Positions 1 through 11,148 of a stretch of 64,000 nt of DNA are shown here, in pieces. Position numbers and translations under genes: made by a program. Each line of letters starts with the position of its first letter. Position 1 is the first letter of the stretch. Where the stretch lies: the NCBI GenBank assembly GCA_964016885.1, contig OZ024742.1:8308001-8372000 (forward strand), given 5' to 3'. The notes below the pieces were generated by a model. That model was not told where the DNA came from and searched no databases. It saw only the letters and a program-made list of their open reading frames with translations. Origin of the DNA: Eledone cirrhosa (lineage: Eukaryota).

Positions 1-1549
1 AATGAAAAATTGAACAGGGACAGAACAGAGAGGCAGTACGATAAATGTTTATTAAATTCACGCTCAGGAGAGTGGGGGGTAGGTGGGGGACGACGTTTCG
101 GGCATAAGCCCTTCTTCAGGTGAGAAGTGTGTGGGAACAGAGTTCAAAAGGTGTGTAGGGGAGTGGTGGAGAGACATATAGCGAAAGGAAACGGTGCGAA
201 TGAAAAATTAACAAATAAAGACAAAAAATATAATAAATAATAAATAAAAATAAAGCATGATCAAAATACAAGGAATGAGAAAATTTAAAAATAAAGGCAT
301 GATCAAAATAAACTGAAATTAAAAGGGGGGTAAACAGGTGGTGGAAGGGTGTGGGGTGAGTAGGGGTGGTGGCGGGTGGAGTGAGGAGAGGGAGACGGGG
401 TGTCCGAGCGGGGAGGGCTGAAGGTGGTGTGTGTGGTTAGGTGTGCGTGTGTGTGTGTGTGTGTGTATGTGAAAGTGAGGGTTGGGGGAAGAACGGGGTT
501 GCATGTTCAGGAAGGTGTGTGTGGGGGGTGTTTTTGTGGGTCGGAGTGTCTGTGCGTGTGTGGATAGGGGGGTGGGGGGAGAGGAATCAGGAGTCTGAGG
601 GTGTAAATATGTGGTGGGAAGCACGTGTGTGTGGTTTACGCGTGTTGTGGGTGTGGGTGGCGTGTGGATAAAAAAACATTTTTGGGGGTGTGTGTGTGGG
701 TGAGTTATATAGGTGATGGTGTAAGAGGATGGTTGAAAAGTTGGTAAGTTACACGGATGTTTGGAGATTTTGGTTAGATGTCAATATCGCGTGTGGGTAA
801 TCCAAGAAGCGGTGGTCGGAAGAGGAGAGATGTGGGGTGCGCGCGCAACAGGAAGTGGTCAGCAGTGGGAGTGCTGTGGTCAGTTGGTGCTGAGACAGTG
901 GTCGGAAGGGCATAGCAGCAGTCGGCGGAATGGTAGGGAGGCGAGGATGGGTAGGTGTGAGAGTTGGAGTGAGGAGGGTGTGTGTGTGTGTGTGTGTGTG
1001 TGTATTAGTAGGGGTGTTAGTGGGATGAGTGAGTGTGGAGCGGGGAGAGAAGGGTGTGTGTGGTTCTATGGAGGGAGTGTGGTGTGCTGGTGTGTGTGTA
1101 GTTTGGTGAAGAGGTGTTAGTGGGTGTTAGTATACGGGAGGTGGGGAGGGATGGAATGCAGGTGTGAGTGGGGGTTAGTGGGGGTAGGGTGTGTAGAGTT
1201 GGTGGTGTACGAGGGTGTGTGGGTACGTGTGCGTGGGGTTGGAGGGTGTTAGTGATGTTAGTTGCGTGTGGGGTCGGTGGTGTAAGTGGGTGCGTGTGTG
1301 CGTGTGATAAGAAGGGGAAGGAGGAGAAGAGGGGAGGGAAGGGATGTTAGTATGTTAGTTGGGGAAGGGTGGTCAGATGAGGGGTGGAGTGGAGGTGTTA
1401 GTATTGTTAGTGTGGGGTGGGCGGTGAAAAGGAGGGGTGTGTTAGTGGTGTTAGTGGGGGATAAGTGTGGGGGAGGGGGCGGTCGAACGCTAAAGGAATA
1501 AGGGTGGGGAGTTCAGGCCGGGGGGAGTGTGGGTCTGTAAGATGAAGAT
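1..1549 (-). mobile_element. 3' fragment of a Penelope-like element (end of GIY-YIG ORF, long low-complexity 3' region, terminal HHR)
   Basis: Minus strand from 1549 reads IFILQTHTPPGLNSPPLFL*, matching the IFxLxTxxPxGLN C-terminus typical of PLE GIY-YIG ORFs. An HHR motif lies at 90-121, followed by AATAAA. Truncated against (TA)n at 1550. A short copy of the same terminus recurs at ~24431-24495. Confidence 0.6.
90..121 (-). ncRNA. Minimal type I hammerhead ribozyme motif (PLE type)
   Basis: Minus strand: CTGAAGA-A-GGGC-TTAT-GCCC-GAAAC-GTC. Stem II is intact and stem III is the ACGT palindrome. Stem I is only ~2 bp, so it may be degenerate. Confidence 0.6.
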
Positions 1550-1563
1550 TATATATATATAAC

Positions 1564-1745
1564 TTTCTACTTTTGGCACAAAGCCAGCAATTACCCAGTA
1601 CATTACTGGTACTTTATTTTATCGACCCCGTAAGGATGAAAGGCAAAGTTAACCTCGGCAGGATTTGAATTTAGACCGTAAAGGGACGTAACTATACTGG
1701 AAAGCATGGTGTCCGACTCTCTACCAATACTGCCAATCCACCGCT
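1564..1745 (-). mobile_element. tRNA-derived SINE (family A)
   Basis: Minus-strand head with A-box-like TGGCAGTATTGG and a degenerate B box. Central GCCTTTCATCCTTACGGGGTCGATAAAATAAAGTACCAG resembles the Meta/MESC-type SINE core (recall). At least four more copies occur in the window. Confidence 0.8.
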
Positions 1746-1746
1746 C

Positions 1747-1747
<1 letters not shown>

Positions 1748-1810
<63 letters not shown>
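1748..1810. repeat. (TAA)n microsatellite
   Basis: About 21 perfect TAA units. Confidence 0.95.
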
Positions 1811-2881
1811 GGGAAGAAGACGCACGAGGTGACGGAGGTCATGAAATCGCTCCCGTAAGTTTTGAATTTTTAACATATTTAAATCATTTGTGAAATAACA
1901 ACTCTTAGTACAAATGCTACGTAAAGCACCCGGCTTGAGCCCCAAAAAATTCGGACCCAAAATATATTGTTATAAGGCTCAAATATTCAAATATTCAACT
2001 TTGTATTGTACACTGTATATCCAAAAAAAAAAATGGCTATAAATGGAAGAAGAAGAACCCCCCCCCCCCCTCCTCTCCTCTGGCTACACTATATAGGACA
2101 GCTAAACTCACCAACACCAGAAACTAGATACACCACCCACCCCATCATCTGTGTACACTAAACACAACAGCATTTTCACCTTCACCGCCACCGCTCACTA
2201 CGGCCATCATTACCACCACTATCCCATCACCGCCGCCACCACCCCTTGACTCCTTCACTGCTGCTGCCACCGCTACAGCACCATCACTACAGTAATACGG
2301 TCGCATCACCGCCACCACTGCCTCGGTATCGACATCACCACCACCACTGTCTCAGTATCGCCAACGCCGCCAGTCTCCGCTGGCTGCCACTTCCACATTA
2401 TAGAATTCCTACTACTAACAAAGAGGAAGGCATCAAAATATATAGATAGACTCAAAAGAAAAAAGAAAAAACAAACAACAAAACCACAGCAGCACAGCAA
2501 CAACAGCAAAAAACGAGAAAAACAAACAGAGAAAAACAAAAACAAAAAAAGAAACCCCCAAAACGTAAAGAAAATAAGAATGAAGAGAGAAGCAGGCGGA
2601 CGGACAGAGAAGAAGAGGGGGGAAAAAGTAAAACTTAAAAAACAAAAACTAAGTCAGACATTCGAATACTACATTACAATGAAACTTATGCTTATTCATT
2701 TTTGGGGCCCTTTCTGCCCGTGTGTTTGTTTGTTTATGTGTGTCCGTATACAGCGTGGTGATAATGCCACACAAGGGCCAAGTGGGATGGCGGATCCACA
2801 GATGGCTATGTAAACATACATTCGCCAATCCTCGATAAGAGTGTTTAAATATCGAACATAAACAGTTCGAATAACGGTGAA

Positions 2882-5800
2882 ATGGAGACTAGAACGTCAT
2901 GTGACAGACTCTCACCCAACAGGTGCCCCCTGGCTCAGCAGCAGGAACCTGACTGTCAACCAAATACTGCTGATGTTGGAGGAAGAAGAAGAAGGAAAGG
3001 GGCCAGAACCAACTGGACGAAAGAATTGAATAGAACTGTTATGCAATGCTACCTGAAAAGTAACCCCAAGGAGAGGGGCTACAGGAGACGGATGCATAAC
3101 ATCTGGAACGAGATTGGTTTATTTAAATTAGATGAACAAAAATTGGCCGGGCAGGCTCGGGTAATAAGAACTAATGGGTGGATAAGCGAGCTGGAACTGG
3201 AGGAACTGAGCAGAGAGAATGGCTTGGAGATGGCGGGTGTAGTATGCCAGACAAGCGAGCCGGCGGGAAATGAAGGTGAGGAGGTCCTGAGAACGGAGGA
3301 ACCACCCGAAGCAGACAATGATCTGAATACTGAGATAAATAATACCTGGAACAGAGATACGGCCACTGAGGAGATGAATGCTGACGGGCTAGGACAAGAT
3401 TCGGTTGACATCCTAAATTTAGTGGTAGATGAGTTGAACAATGATAGTGGGAGACCTATGAACCTAAGATTTGTAGACAGGAAAAAGTTAAAAGAAACAA
3501 CAGCTAAGGTAAACAAAGTCATCCCATACCTTGAGGCGAGGAGTCTTCACCAGTGCAACAATATCCTCAAAGCAACAGCAAATACGGTGAGGAAACTACT
3601 TGGTATAAAAGCGAGAGGAAACAACAGACAAGAAAGAGCAGAGCCGTGGTGGAAGAAGCGACTGAGTGGGCAAATCGGGGAAATGAGAAATGACATAGGA
3701 AAGCTTGAGTCACTACTGAATGGGACACTAAAAAACATAGGCACTAAAAATAGACTGGAAATAAAATACAAAACTAGGAGTAAAAAGCTAAATATTATCA
3801 TAGAGGAATTGAAGCAACGCATTGTAGCAAAGAGTGCCAAAATCAGGCGATACGAGAACAGAGTCAGTCAGTATAAACAGAACCGCATGTTCGACAACAA
3901 CCAGAAGATGCTGTTTGGACAGCTTGAGGGGAAAGAAAGAGGCAACGACTTGATCCCTGGGGCGGAACAAGCTAAAACATTCTGGAGAGGAATATGGGAG
4001 CAGGATGTTAGACACAATGCCCAGGCAGGGTGGATTGAGACAGTACAGAGGGAGATCGGTGAGCAGGCACAACAACAGACTGATTTGAGTATCACAGTTG
4101 AAACTCTTAAGGGGCAAGCCAAAAAACTAACCAACTGGAAATCACCAGGCCCAGATGGTGTGCAGGGGTATTGGATTAAACATTTAACATCCCTCCACCC
4201 GAAGCTGACGGCCATGTTCAATGACTGCTTGGTGTCGGGTGAGGTGCCAGAGTGGTTGACAAAAGGTACCACAGTTCTGATAATGAAAGACCGAATCAAG
4301 GGTAATGATGTTACCAACTATAGACCTATCACATGTCTGCCCGTAATGTGGAAACTGTTGACGAGCATTGTGTCTGAGGAAATCTACCATCACCTCCACA
4401 CAAACAACTTGTTGCCGGACGAACAGAAAGGATGCCGAAAGAAGTCACGTGGTACAAAGGACCAGTTGCTTATTGATAAGATGGTAATGGGGAATTGCAG
4501 GAGGAGACACACTGATCTTGCCATGGGATGGATAGACTACAGAAAGGCATTTGACATGGTGCCTCATTCCTGGATCACCAAAAGCCTGGAGATCTTCAGG
4601 GTGGCAGATAACATCAGACAGTTGCTGGGCAGGAGTATGGGGTCCTGGGAGACAGAGTTGACATCAACTGGAGTATCCTTGGGAAGCGTGAAGATCAAGA
4701 GAGGTATCTTCCAGGGAGATAGCCTGTCCCCTCTGTTGTTTGTCCTTGCCCTGATGCCCTTGACCATTATGCTGCGAAAAGTGAGAGCAGGATACAAGTT
4801 GGGAAGGGGAGAGCTTACCATCAATCACCTCCTCTTCATGGACGATCTTAAGCTCTTCGGGAAAAGTGAGAAGGAGTTGGATGTGCTTGTTGACACTGTC
4901 CGTATTTTCAGCAGTGATATATGTATGCAGTTTGGTATTGGTAAATGTGGAGTCATTGTGATGAGGAGGGGTAGGTTGAGCAGAAGTAACGGGATCCAGA
5001 TACCAACAGGTGAGATGATAAAGGAAATTGACTCTGAGGAAGGATACAAGTATTTGGGCGTTCTGGAGGCTGATGGCATAAAGAACAAAAAAATGAAGGA
5101 ATTGTTAAGAACTGAATACATTCGGAGAGTAAGGAGCGTATTGAAGTCACATCTGAACAGCAGAAATGCCATAAGCGCAGTAAATTCCCGAGCTGTGTCT
5201 ATTATTAGGTACAGTGCGGGAATTCTGAGATGGAATGTTGCTGAACAAAAAGAAATGGATAGGAAGACTAGGAAGCTATTGACTATCTACAACATGTTCC
5301 ACAAGAAGAGTGATGTCGATAGACTCTACCTAAGGAGATCTGAAGGTGGAAGAGGTCTTATCAGCATAGAGGACTGTGTTCAGATGGAGAAAAACAGCCT
5401 ATACAAATACGTGACCTATAGTAAGGAGCCAATGCTCAGAGCTGTACTGAAGGAGGGGACAGTAGGCCAGGGGATATCCAAGGAGGAAATAACATCAAGG
5501 AGGAAGAGCAGCCTTAAGGGAAAATCCCTTCATAGTACCTTCTTTGAGAAAACTGAATTTAGAGATCCACAGACATGGAACTGGTTGAGAAGAGGAGACC
5601 TCAAAAAGGCTACAGAAGGAATGCTAATGGCTGCGCAGGAGCAGGCCCTCAAAACGAAGTGGTTGAAGCACCATATCTACAAGGAGGAGGCTAGCCCACT
5701 GTGCAGGATCTGTGGAGAGAGAGAGGAGACTGTGGCTCACATTGTGTCCGAGTGTAAACACCTAGCCCAGACCCACTATAAGGGCTGGAGACACGATGTG

Positions 5801-6274
5801 ATGGGCAGGGTGATCCACTGGCACCTGTGCAAAGTAAACAATCTACCACATTCTGAGAAATGGTATGAGCATAGGCCAGAGGCGGTGATGGAGAACAGTC
5901 AGGTGAAGGTGCTGTGGGATTTTAGGATACAGACGGACAAAAAACTGGAACACAATAGACCTGACCTGGTGGTTGTGGACAAAGAAAAAAGATCGTGCCT
6001 GATTGTGGATGTGGCCTGCCCGTTCGACACGAGAGTGCAAGAGAAGGAGAGGGAGAAAATTAACCGATACCAGGACCTAAAGTGGGAGGTGAAAAGGATT
6101 TGGAACTGCCATGAAGTCAAAGTGATCCCGATTGTCATAGGCGCACTGGGGACTATCTCCAAAGGTTTCCAGGGATGGTTAAAGAAAATCGGCCCCTTCA
6201 CGCTTTTTGGAACGCTTCAAAAGGCATGCTTGCTTGGAACGGCAAGAACCCTCCGATACGTCCTGAATATCTGA
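2882..6274 (+). CDS. R4/Dong-like non-LTR retrotransposon ORF: reverse transcriptase, CCHC knuckle and restriction-like endonuclease (1130 aa, uninterrupted)
   Basis: RT motifs KSPGPDG, NYRPITCL, WIDYRKAFDMVPH, GIFQGDSLSPLLF, HLLFMDD. CRICGEREETVAHIVSEC zinc knuckle, RHD, and RPDLVV...VDVACPFD...EKINRY (PD-D/ExK). N-terminal WTKELN..VMQCY...GYRRRMH.IW is typical of the R4/Dong clade. Short 3'UTR then (TAA)n at ~6350-6387. Confidence 0.93.
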   Translation: METRTSCDRLSPNRCPLAQQQEPDCQPNTADVGGRRRRKGARTNWTKELNRTVMQCYLKSNPKERGYRRRMHNIWNEIGLFKLDEQKLAGQARVIRTNGWISELELEELSRENGLEMAGVVCQTSEPAGNEGEEVLRTEEPPEADNDLNTEINNTWNRDTATEEMNADGLGQDSVDILNLVVDELNNDSGRPMNLRFVDRKKLKETTAKVNKVIPYLEARSLHQCNNILKATANTVRKLLGIKARGNNRQERAEPWWKKRLSGQIGEMRNDIGKLESLLNGTLKNIGTKNRLEIKYKTRSKKLNIIIEELKQRIVAKSAKIRRYENRVSQYKQNRMFDNNQKMLFGQLEGKERGNDLIPGAEQAKTFWRGIWEQDVRHNAQAGWIETVQREIGEQAQQQTDLSITVETLKGQAKKLTNWKSPGPDGVQGYWIKHLTSLHPKLTAMFNDCLVSGEVPEWLTKGTTVLIMKDRIKGNDVTNYRPITCLPVMWKLLTSIVSEEIYHHLHTNNLLPDEQKGCRKKSRGTKDQLLIDKMVMGNCRRRHTDLAMGWIDYRKAFDMVPHSWITKSLEIFRVADNIRQLLGRSMGSWETELTSTGVSLGSVKIKRGIFQGDSLSPLLFVLALMPLTIMLRKVRAGYKLGRGELTINHLLFMDDLKLFGKSEKELDVLVDTVRIFSSDICMQFGIGKCGVIVMRRGRLSRSNGIQIPTGEMIKEIDSEEGYKYLGVLEADGIKNKKMKELLRTEYIRRVRSVLKSHLNSRNAISAVNSRAVSIIRYSAGILRWNVAEQKEMDRKTRKLLTIYNMFHKKSDVDRLYLRRSEGGRGLISIEDCVQMEKNSLYKYVTYSKEPMLRAVLKEGTVGQGISKEEITSRRKSSLKGKSLHSTFFEKTEFRDPQTWNWLRRGDLKKATEGMLMAAQEQALKTKWLKHHIYKEEASPLCRICGEREETVAHIVSECKHLAQTHYKGWRHDVMGRVIHWHLCKVNNLPHSEKWYEHRPEAVMENSQVKVLWDFRIQTDKKLEHNRPDLVVVDKEKRSCLIVDVACPFDTRVQEKEREKINRYQDLKWEVKRIWNCHEVKVIPIVIGALGTISKGFQGWLKKIGPFTLFGTLQKACLLGTARTLRYVLNI

Positions 6275-6387
6275 AGCTGCAGGTAGTGGCTTGATATTCA
6301 ATCCAACGGACTTTCCAGTTAACCAACATCAATGACTGAGATTCAAGGAATAACAATAATAATAATAATGATAATAATAATAATAAT

Positions 6388-6669
6388 GAAATTATTGTGT
6401 ACAGTGCTCAGGTGCACTACAACTCGTCAAAGGTGCATGTATAATACATAGAATAATACACAAATGTCAGGGAAGTGAATAGTGTATGAGTCATGATATA
6501 CATGTGTGTATGTGTATGGAGGGGGAACATCAGGTGTAGTGTTGGCGAATCTCGGGAAGCATGGCGGCCTTAAAGGATGCAGTTTCTCCACAGCTAACAA
6601 CCGATGCAGGTAGTTTGTTCCATGCTTCAGCAACTCTGAGCGTGAAAAAATGTTTCCGAAAGTCATGGG

Positions 6670-6670
<1 letters not shown>
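6388..6670 (-). mobile_element. CR1-like LINE 3' fragment
   Basis: Minus strand encodes HDFRKHFFTLRVAEAWNKLPASVVSCGETASFK, the conserved CR1 ORF2 C-terminus (R..FF..RV...WN.LP..VV......FK). It ends in an (ATT)n tail shared with the Dong tail and is 5'-truncated at (TA)n. Confidence 0.8.
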
Positions 6671-6717
<47 letters not shown>

Positions 6718-6723
<6 letters not shown>

Positions 6724-7015
6724 GTCCTTGAGCAAGACACTTTATTTCACATTGCTCCAGTTTACTCAGCTGTAGAAATGAGATGATAGGTACTGGGGTC
6801 CCTATCATTCCACTGTAAAGTGGTCGTGAAGGTGCCACGGCAAAACAAAGCACCCAGCCCACACTGTAAAGTGTACGTGTAGGCGCGACGGAAACAAAGA
6901 ACCCAGCATTCACTGTAAATGAGGTTGGTGTTAGGAAGGCGTCCAGCTGTAGAAATCGAGCCCGAATCAGGTCCCGTCCCACCTTTGCAAGCAGGGAGAA
7001 GCGGTCGTAAAATGT

Positions 7016-7045
<30 letters not shown>
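6718..7045 (+). mobile_element. 5'-truncated SINE with RTE-type (GAT)n tail
   Basis: GTGTCCTTGAGCAAGACACTT SINE body motif, three internal CACTGTAAA repeats, and a 3' end GGTGTTAGGAAGG..CCAGCTGTAGAAA...GTAAAATG followed by (GAT)n. Confidence 0.6.
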
Positions 7046-7046
<1 letters not shown>

Positions 7047-7099
7047 ATATATATATTCATTAAAATAGACAACAAATATTGATAACATTAAATGATGAT

Positions 7100-7895
7100 T
7101 TACGATTGTTTCATCCCTTCCAAAATAACACTACTATAAAACTAATTTGTCTCTCTACTTCGGATTTAGGTAGATTAATTAAACAATAATTGACAGAGTA
7201 ATCCCACAAATTAAAAATAAAATACTGTTAAGTCTCTGGGGTAACAATACTGATGTTATCCTTTGGCTTAAATCAAATAATTGTAGCAAACTAAAGTTCT
7301 TACAATTTGATATAAATAACTTTTATGCCTCTATCTCTCCTTGATAAAGTTTTGTCATTTGTTGCTTATCTTTCTGACATTACTCAAATTGAAATAGATA
7401 CAATTATATTAGCCAGAAGAACTATTATAGAATTTAATGGGGATCTATGGACTAGGATGGTTCGTCCGAACAACGTTGATGTCACTATGGGTTCTAGAGA
7501 CTCGGCTCAAGTGACTGATTTAGTTGGATTATTTATACTACATAAACTTAAGGCCAAATTTCCGGCTATTTGGGGGAGGATTATAACGCGATGATGTTTT
7601 CTTTACGTTTGAAAATTGTTCTAAATCATCTTTAGAAAGAGTTAGGAAACATCTACACAAACCCTTTAAAGAATATAATTTGACAGTTACAATTAATAAT
7701 AATGATAGAGTTGTTAATTTCTTAGATGTCAGTTTAGGCCTCAATGATCATTCTTTCCAACTATACCATAAACCTGATAAGATTCTATTTTATGTAAATA
7801 AAATCTCCAACTACCCTAAAACTATAAAGAATGCAATAATTAATAATATTTGTAGTAGAATAGATTCTCTTTCGGCAAATATTGATGTTTTGTAA
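7100..7895 (+). pseudogene. Degenerate Penelope-like RT fragment
   Basis: IDRVIPQIK...SLW...KFLQFDI..FY, DVTMGSRDSAQVTDLVGLFIL, RDD, VNFLDVSL...YHKPD. Collinear with the PLE RT at 26400-27130 but frameshifted. Confidence 0.85.
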
Positions 7896-9439
7896 TCGGT
7901 GTAATAGGTGGTATCATAATCACTCACTATTAGTCAATATATCAATTTATCATCAAGATCAACCTTCTGAAACGACCGTAAAAAAATGAACTAATTAAGA
8001 ACCTATATTGGCTTATGAGAAACCTTTGTATTTTGAGAAAAGGATTGAGAAAAACTTTGAAAAATTAGGGAACATTTTAAAGAGAATTTTGACCAATGCT
8101 TTTCGAAAACATTTTTATAAGATTTCAAAGAAAAACCCGAGGAGACTTTTGAGAAATATTTTGAAGCTTCATGAAACTTTGGGGGAATGGTTTAGAAAAA
8201 TTTTGAAGAAAAAGTTTGCGAAACTGAAATTAGTAAAACTAGCTGTAATTGAGTAAAACGATAAGCCCGTCCTGAGAGTAGTGACCATAAATAAGACTGC
8301 TGTCAAGTCAAGCTTGTCCTGAGAGGAGTGACCACCAATAGGACTTAAGAGGAGTGACCACCAATAAGAGTAATAAGTTGATAACTCTAGACAAATATGT
8401 ATTAAATAACATAACCATAAATGAGGGCTGAGGTTGCAGCCATGTGAGTGACTTTTTTTTATCAAAGATACAGGTGTTTTAAGATGTCTCTGGGATGTTC
8501 CAGATTATATATTGAGAATGGGGAAGGAGGCACTCATGTAGGTAAGTGAGGAATAGGACAATTGAATGAGGAGAGTTACATGTTCAATCCTGAGTAAACA
8601 AGAAAATGTTTTGAATTCAACACATCACATACACGTTTTATGAATATTTCTGATGAAACCTTTGGGAAAAGTCCCGAAAGACTTTTAGGAAAATTTAAAA
8701 GAAAATATTGACGATTCTAGAAAGATTTAAACATACATTTTAAAGAAAGTTTTCATGAAGAGTTTTTCAAAATTTCTTGGGAATATTTTTGAGGAATCAA
8801 TTCAAATGTTTGAAAACTTTTTAAAGAAAATATTTCAAAAGCTTTTGAAGAAAATCTTTGGTAAAATATGGGAGAAATATTTCCAATTTCAGTTTATGGG
8901 AAAGTAAAATTTGTGAAAATTACACGTGAAATACGTGAAATTTTTTAAACAAAATATTCATCATAATTTTCTCAAATGTTTTTCTTGAACTTTCTCAAAA
9001 ATCTCCAAAATGTTTCAAGATTCATCATACCCGATGATTCCCGAAAATTTCATCAAAAGTTGTAAAATGTTTGTCGAAGGATTTTCTCCAATTATTTCAA
9101 AACATTCATCAAAACAGTCTTCAAAATATTTCTTGAATTATTTCAAAACTTTTGCAGATGTTTTCATAAGAAATCCCCCACCCCCGAATAAAACTCTCAA
9201 ATTTTTTTTCTCCAAATTTTAAGAAAATCTTCATCAAAATGTATCAAAACTTTCCATGAAACTTTTCTTCAAAAACATTTCTTCAAAATTTATCACAGAA
9301 TTTGTCACAACCCCTTCCAAAAAGCTTTGACAATATACAAACAACCATCCGGTTATCGAACCTACCAACCGGAAATTTATAATAAATCGAAGTGAAAACT
9401 GTGTAAAATTGCCTCCTGTGGTTTGTGTATTCATTTTCA

Positions 9440-9526
<87 letters not shown>

Positions 9527-9555
9527 GTTTCTTTATATGTTAAATAATTTCTAGT

Positions 9556-9585
<30 letters not shown>

Positions 9586-9591
<6 letters not shown>

Positions 9592-10357
9592 ACTAGAAAT
9601 TATTTAACATATAAATAAACATGATTAATCACAGGAGATAATTTTTACAAGTGTGTAACCACACATAGCTACGTAGGTAACTAAATAAAGTTGACCAGAA
9701 CTTCAAAAGTAGATACCTTATAATATGATTAATCTTCCCTGTATATATTCCATTAAAGAAATATATTTCACCAATTAATCGAATGGTAAACCACGGAAGC
9801 GGATACTTGGATTTTCAACAAGGAAGAAGTTCCAGCGATCAGTGTTTACACTTCAAGTTCAAATCAGCGACTGGCCAGCAACACGTGCTATATCTACTAG
9901 AAATACACACATCATACTAGCTTCGTCCCAGTGGCGTGAATAGGGTTATCGACAACTAGAAACAGCAGTTGAGTCCTTTCAACAGAGTTAGCTCTACAAT
10001 TAAGTAGCCGTCTTTATATATCTATATCCACGAAGCTAGTATGATATGTGTAATTCTAGTAGATATAGCACGTGTTGCTGGCCAGTCGCTGATTTGAACT
10101 TGAAGTGTAAACACTGATCGCTGGAACTTCTTCCTTGTTGAAAATCCAAGTATCCGCTTCCGTGGTTTACCATTCGATTAATTGGTGAAATATATTTCTT
10201 TAATGGAATATACACAGGGAAGATCAATCATATTATAAGGTATCTATTTTTGAAGTTCTAGTTAACTTTATTTAGTTACCTACCTAGCTATGTGTGGTTA
10301 CACACTTGTAAAAATTATTCATGTTTATTTATATGTTAATCTATTTCTAGTTATTAT
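9586..10357. repeat. Long inverted repeat (~340-bp arms 9586-9926 / 10030-10357, ~100-bp spacer)
   Basis: Arms are near-perfect reverse complements (e.g. ...CATCATACTAGCTTCGT / ACGAAGCTAGTATGAT...). A third copy of the arm terminus lies inverted across (TA)n at 9525-9560. Confidence 0.9.
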
Positions 10358-10565
10358 AAAATGGTCGGACCTACTCGTTAGAATCGTAGAGCTTATTTTG
10401 CGGGTGAGATAGGGCATGTCTTTCTGGCATCACACCCATAATTTTGATTTAGATTATCTTAATTTTGGATATAGATATATATATATATAATTGGTGTGGG
10501 ATGCTTAAAGAGTCCGTATTCGGTAGGCCGTTTGAGCACTCGATGCTCTTACAGAGAAGAGTATA

Positions 10566-10712
10566 ATATCAAATAAGAAACGGAGGATAAGTGGTGCGAC
10601 GAATTAAAATTTATTAGACATATTACAATCGTCGAGCTGTTCACCAGAGAAACGATTGTAATAGGTTTAATAAATTCGTCGCACCACTGATTCTCCGTTT
10701 CTTATGTGATAT
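10566..10712. repeat. Fold-back hairpin of a PLE-like terminus
   Basis: Imperfect ~60-bp inverted arms. The right arm carries GAAAC-GATT-GTA (HHR 3' half) and AATAAA. Followed by (TA)n. Confidence 0.75.
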
Positions 10713-10982
10713 ATATATATATAATATATATAAATATAAATTAGCGAGAATCGTATTTCGGCTATTGGAAATTAGCGAAAAACTACTTCCGAGATGTGTG
10801 GCAAGCGCTCCATAGAAGCTAGTGAACTAGAGCTACAACATAAGTTAAAAGGCCAAACACACTGAGACGATGGTTAAACCATTATCCGCACAGCCATAGA
10901 AACGACCAAGTAATTCGTGTCAAACAAATAAGATATGATTGAAAATTATACCCGGACTCCTGGAACATTGGTAAAATCCAGC

Positions 10983-11001
10983 ATTTGGGTTTCTGCAACT
11001 C

Positions 11002-11039
<38 letters not shown>

Positions 11040-11053
11040 GAGTTGCAGAAACC

Positions 11054-11058
<5 letters not shown>
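10983..11058. repeat. Inverted repeat centred on (TA)n
   Basis: ATTTGGGTTTCTGCAACTCCTATATTA-(TA)n-TAATATAGGAGTTGCAGAAACCCAAAT. Confidence 0.9.

Positions 11059-11145
<87 letters not shown>

Positions 11146-11148
<3 letters not shown>

Noticed and set aside
3079-6201. Antisense ORFs inside the Dong element (likewise inside the PLE and Tx1 copies)
   Set aside because: These are shadow ORFs of the sense coding frame. Their recurrence in Tx1 copies only reflects near-identity of the copies.
10505-10560. HHR-like motif on the minus strand (CTGTAA-GAGCA-TCGAG-TGCTC-AAAC)
   Set aside because: Both conserved core segments deviate. It may be a decayed HHR but cannot be supported.
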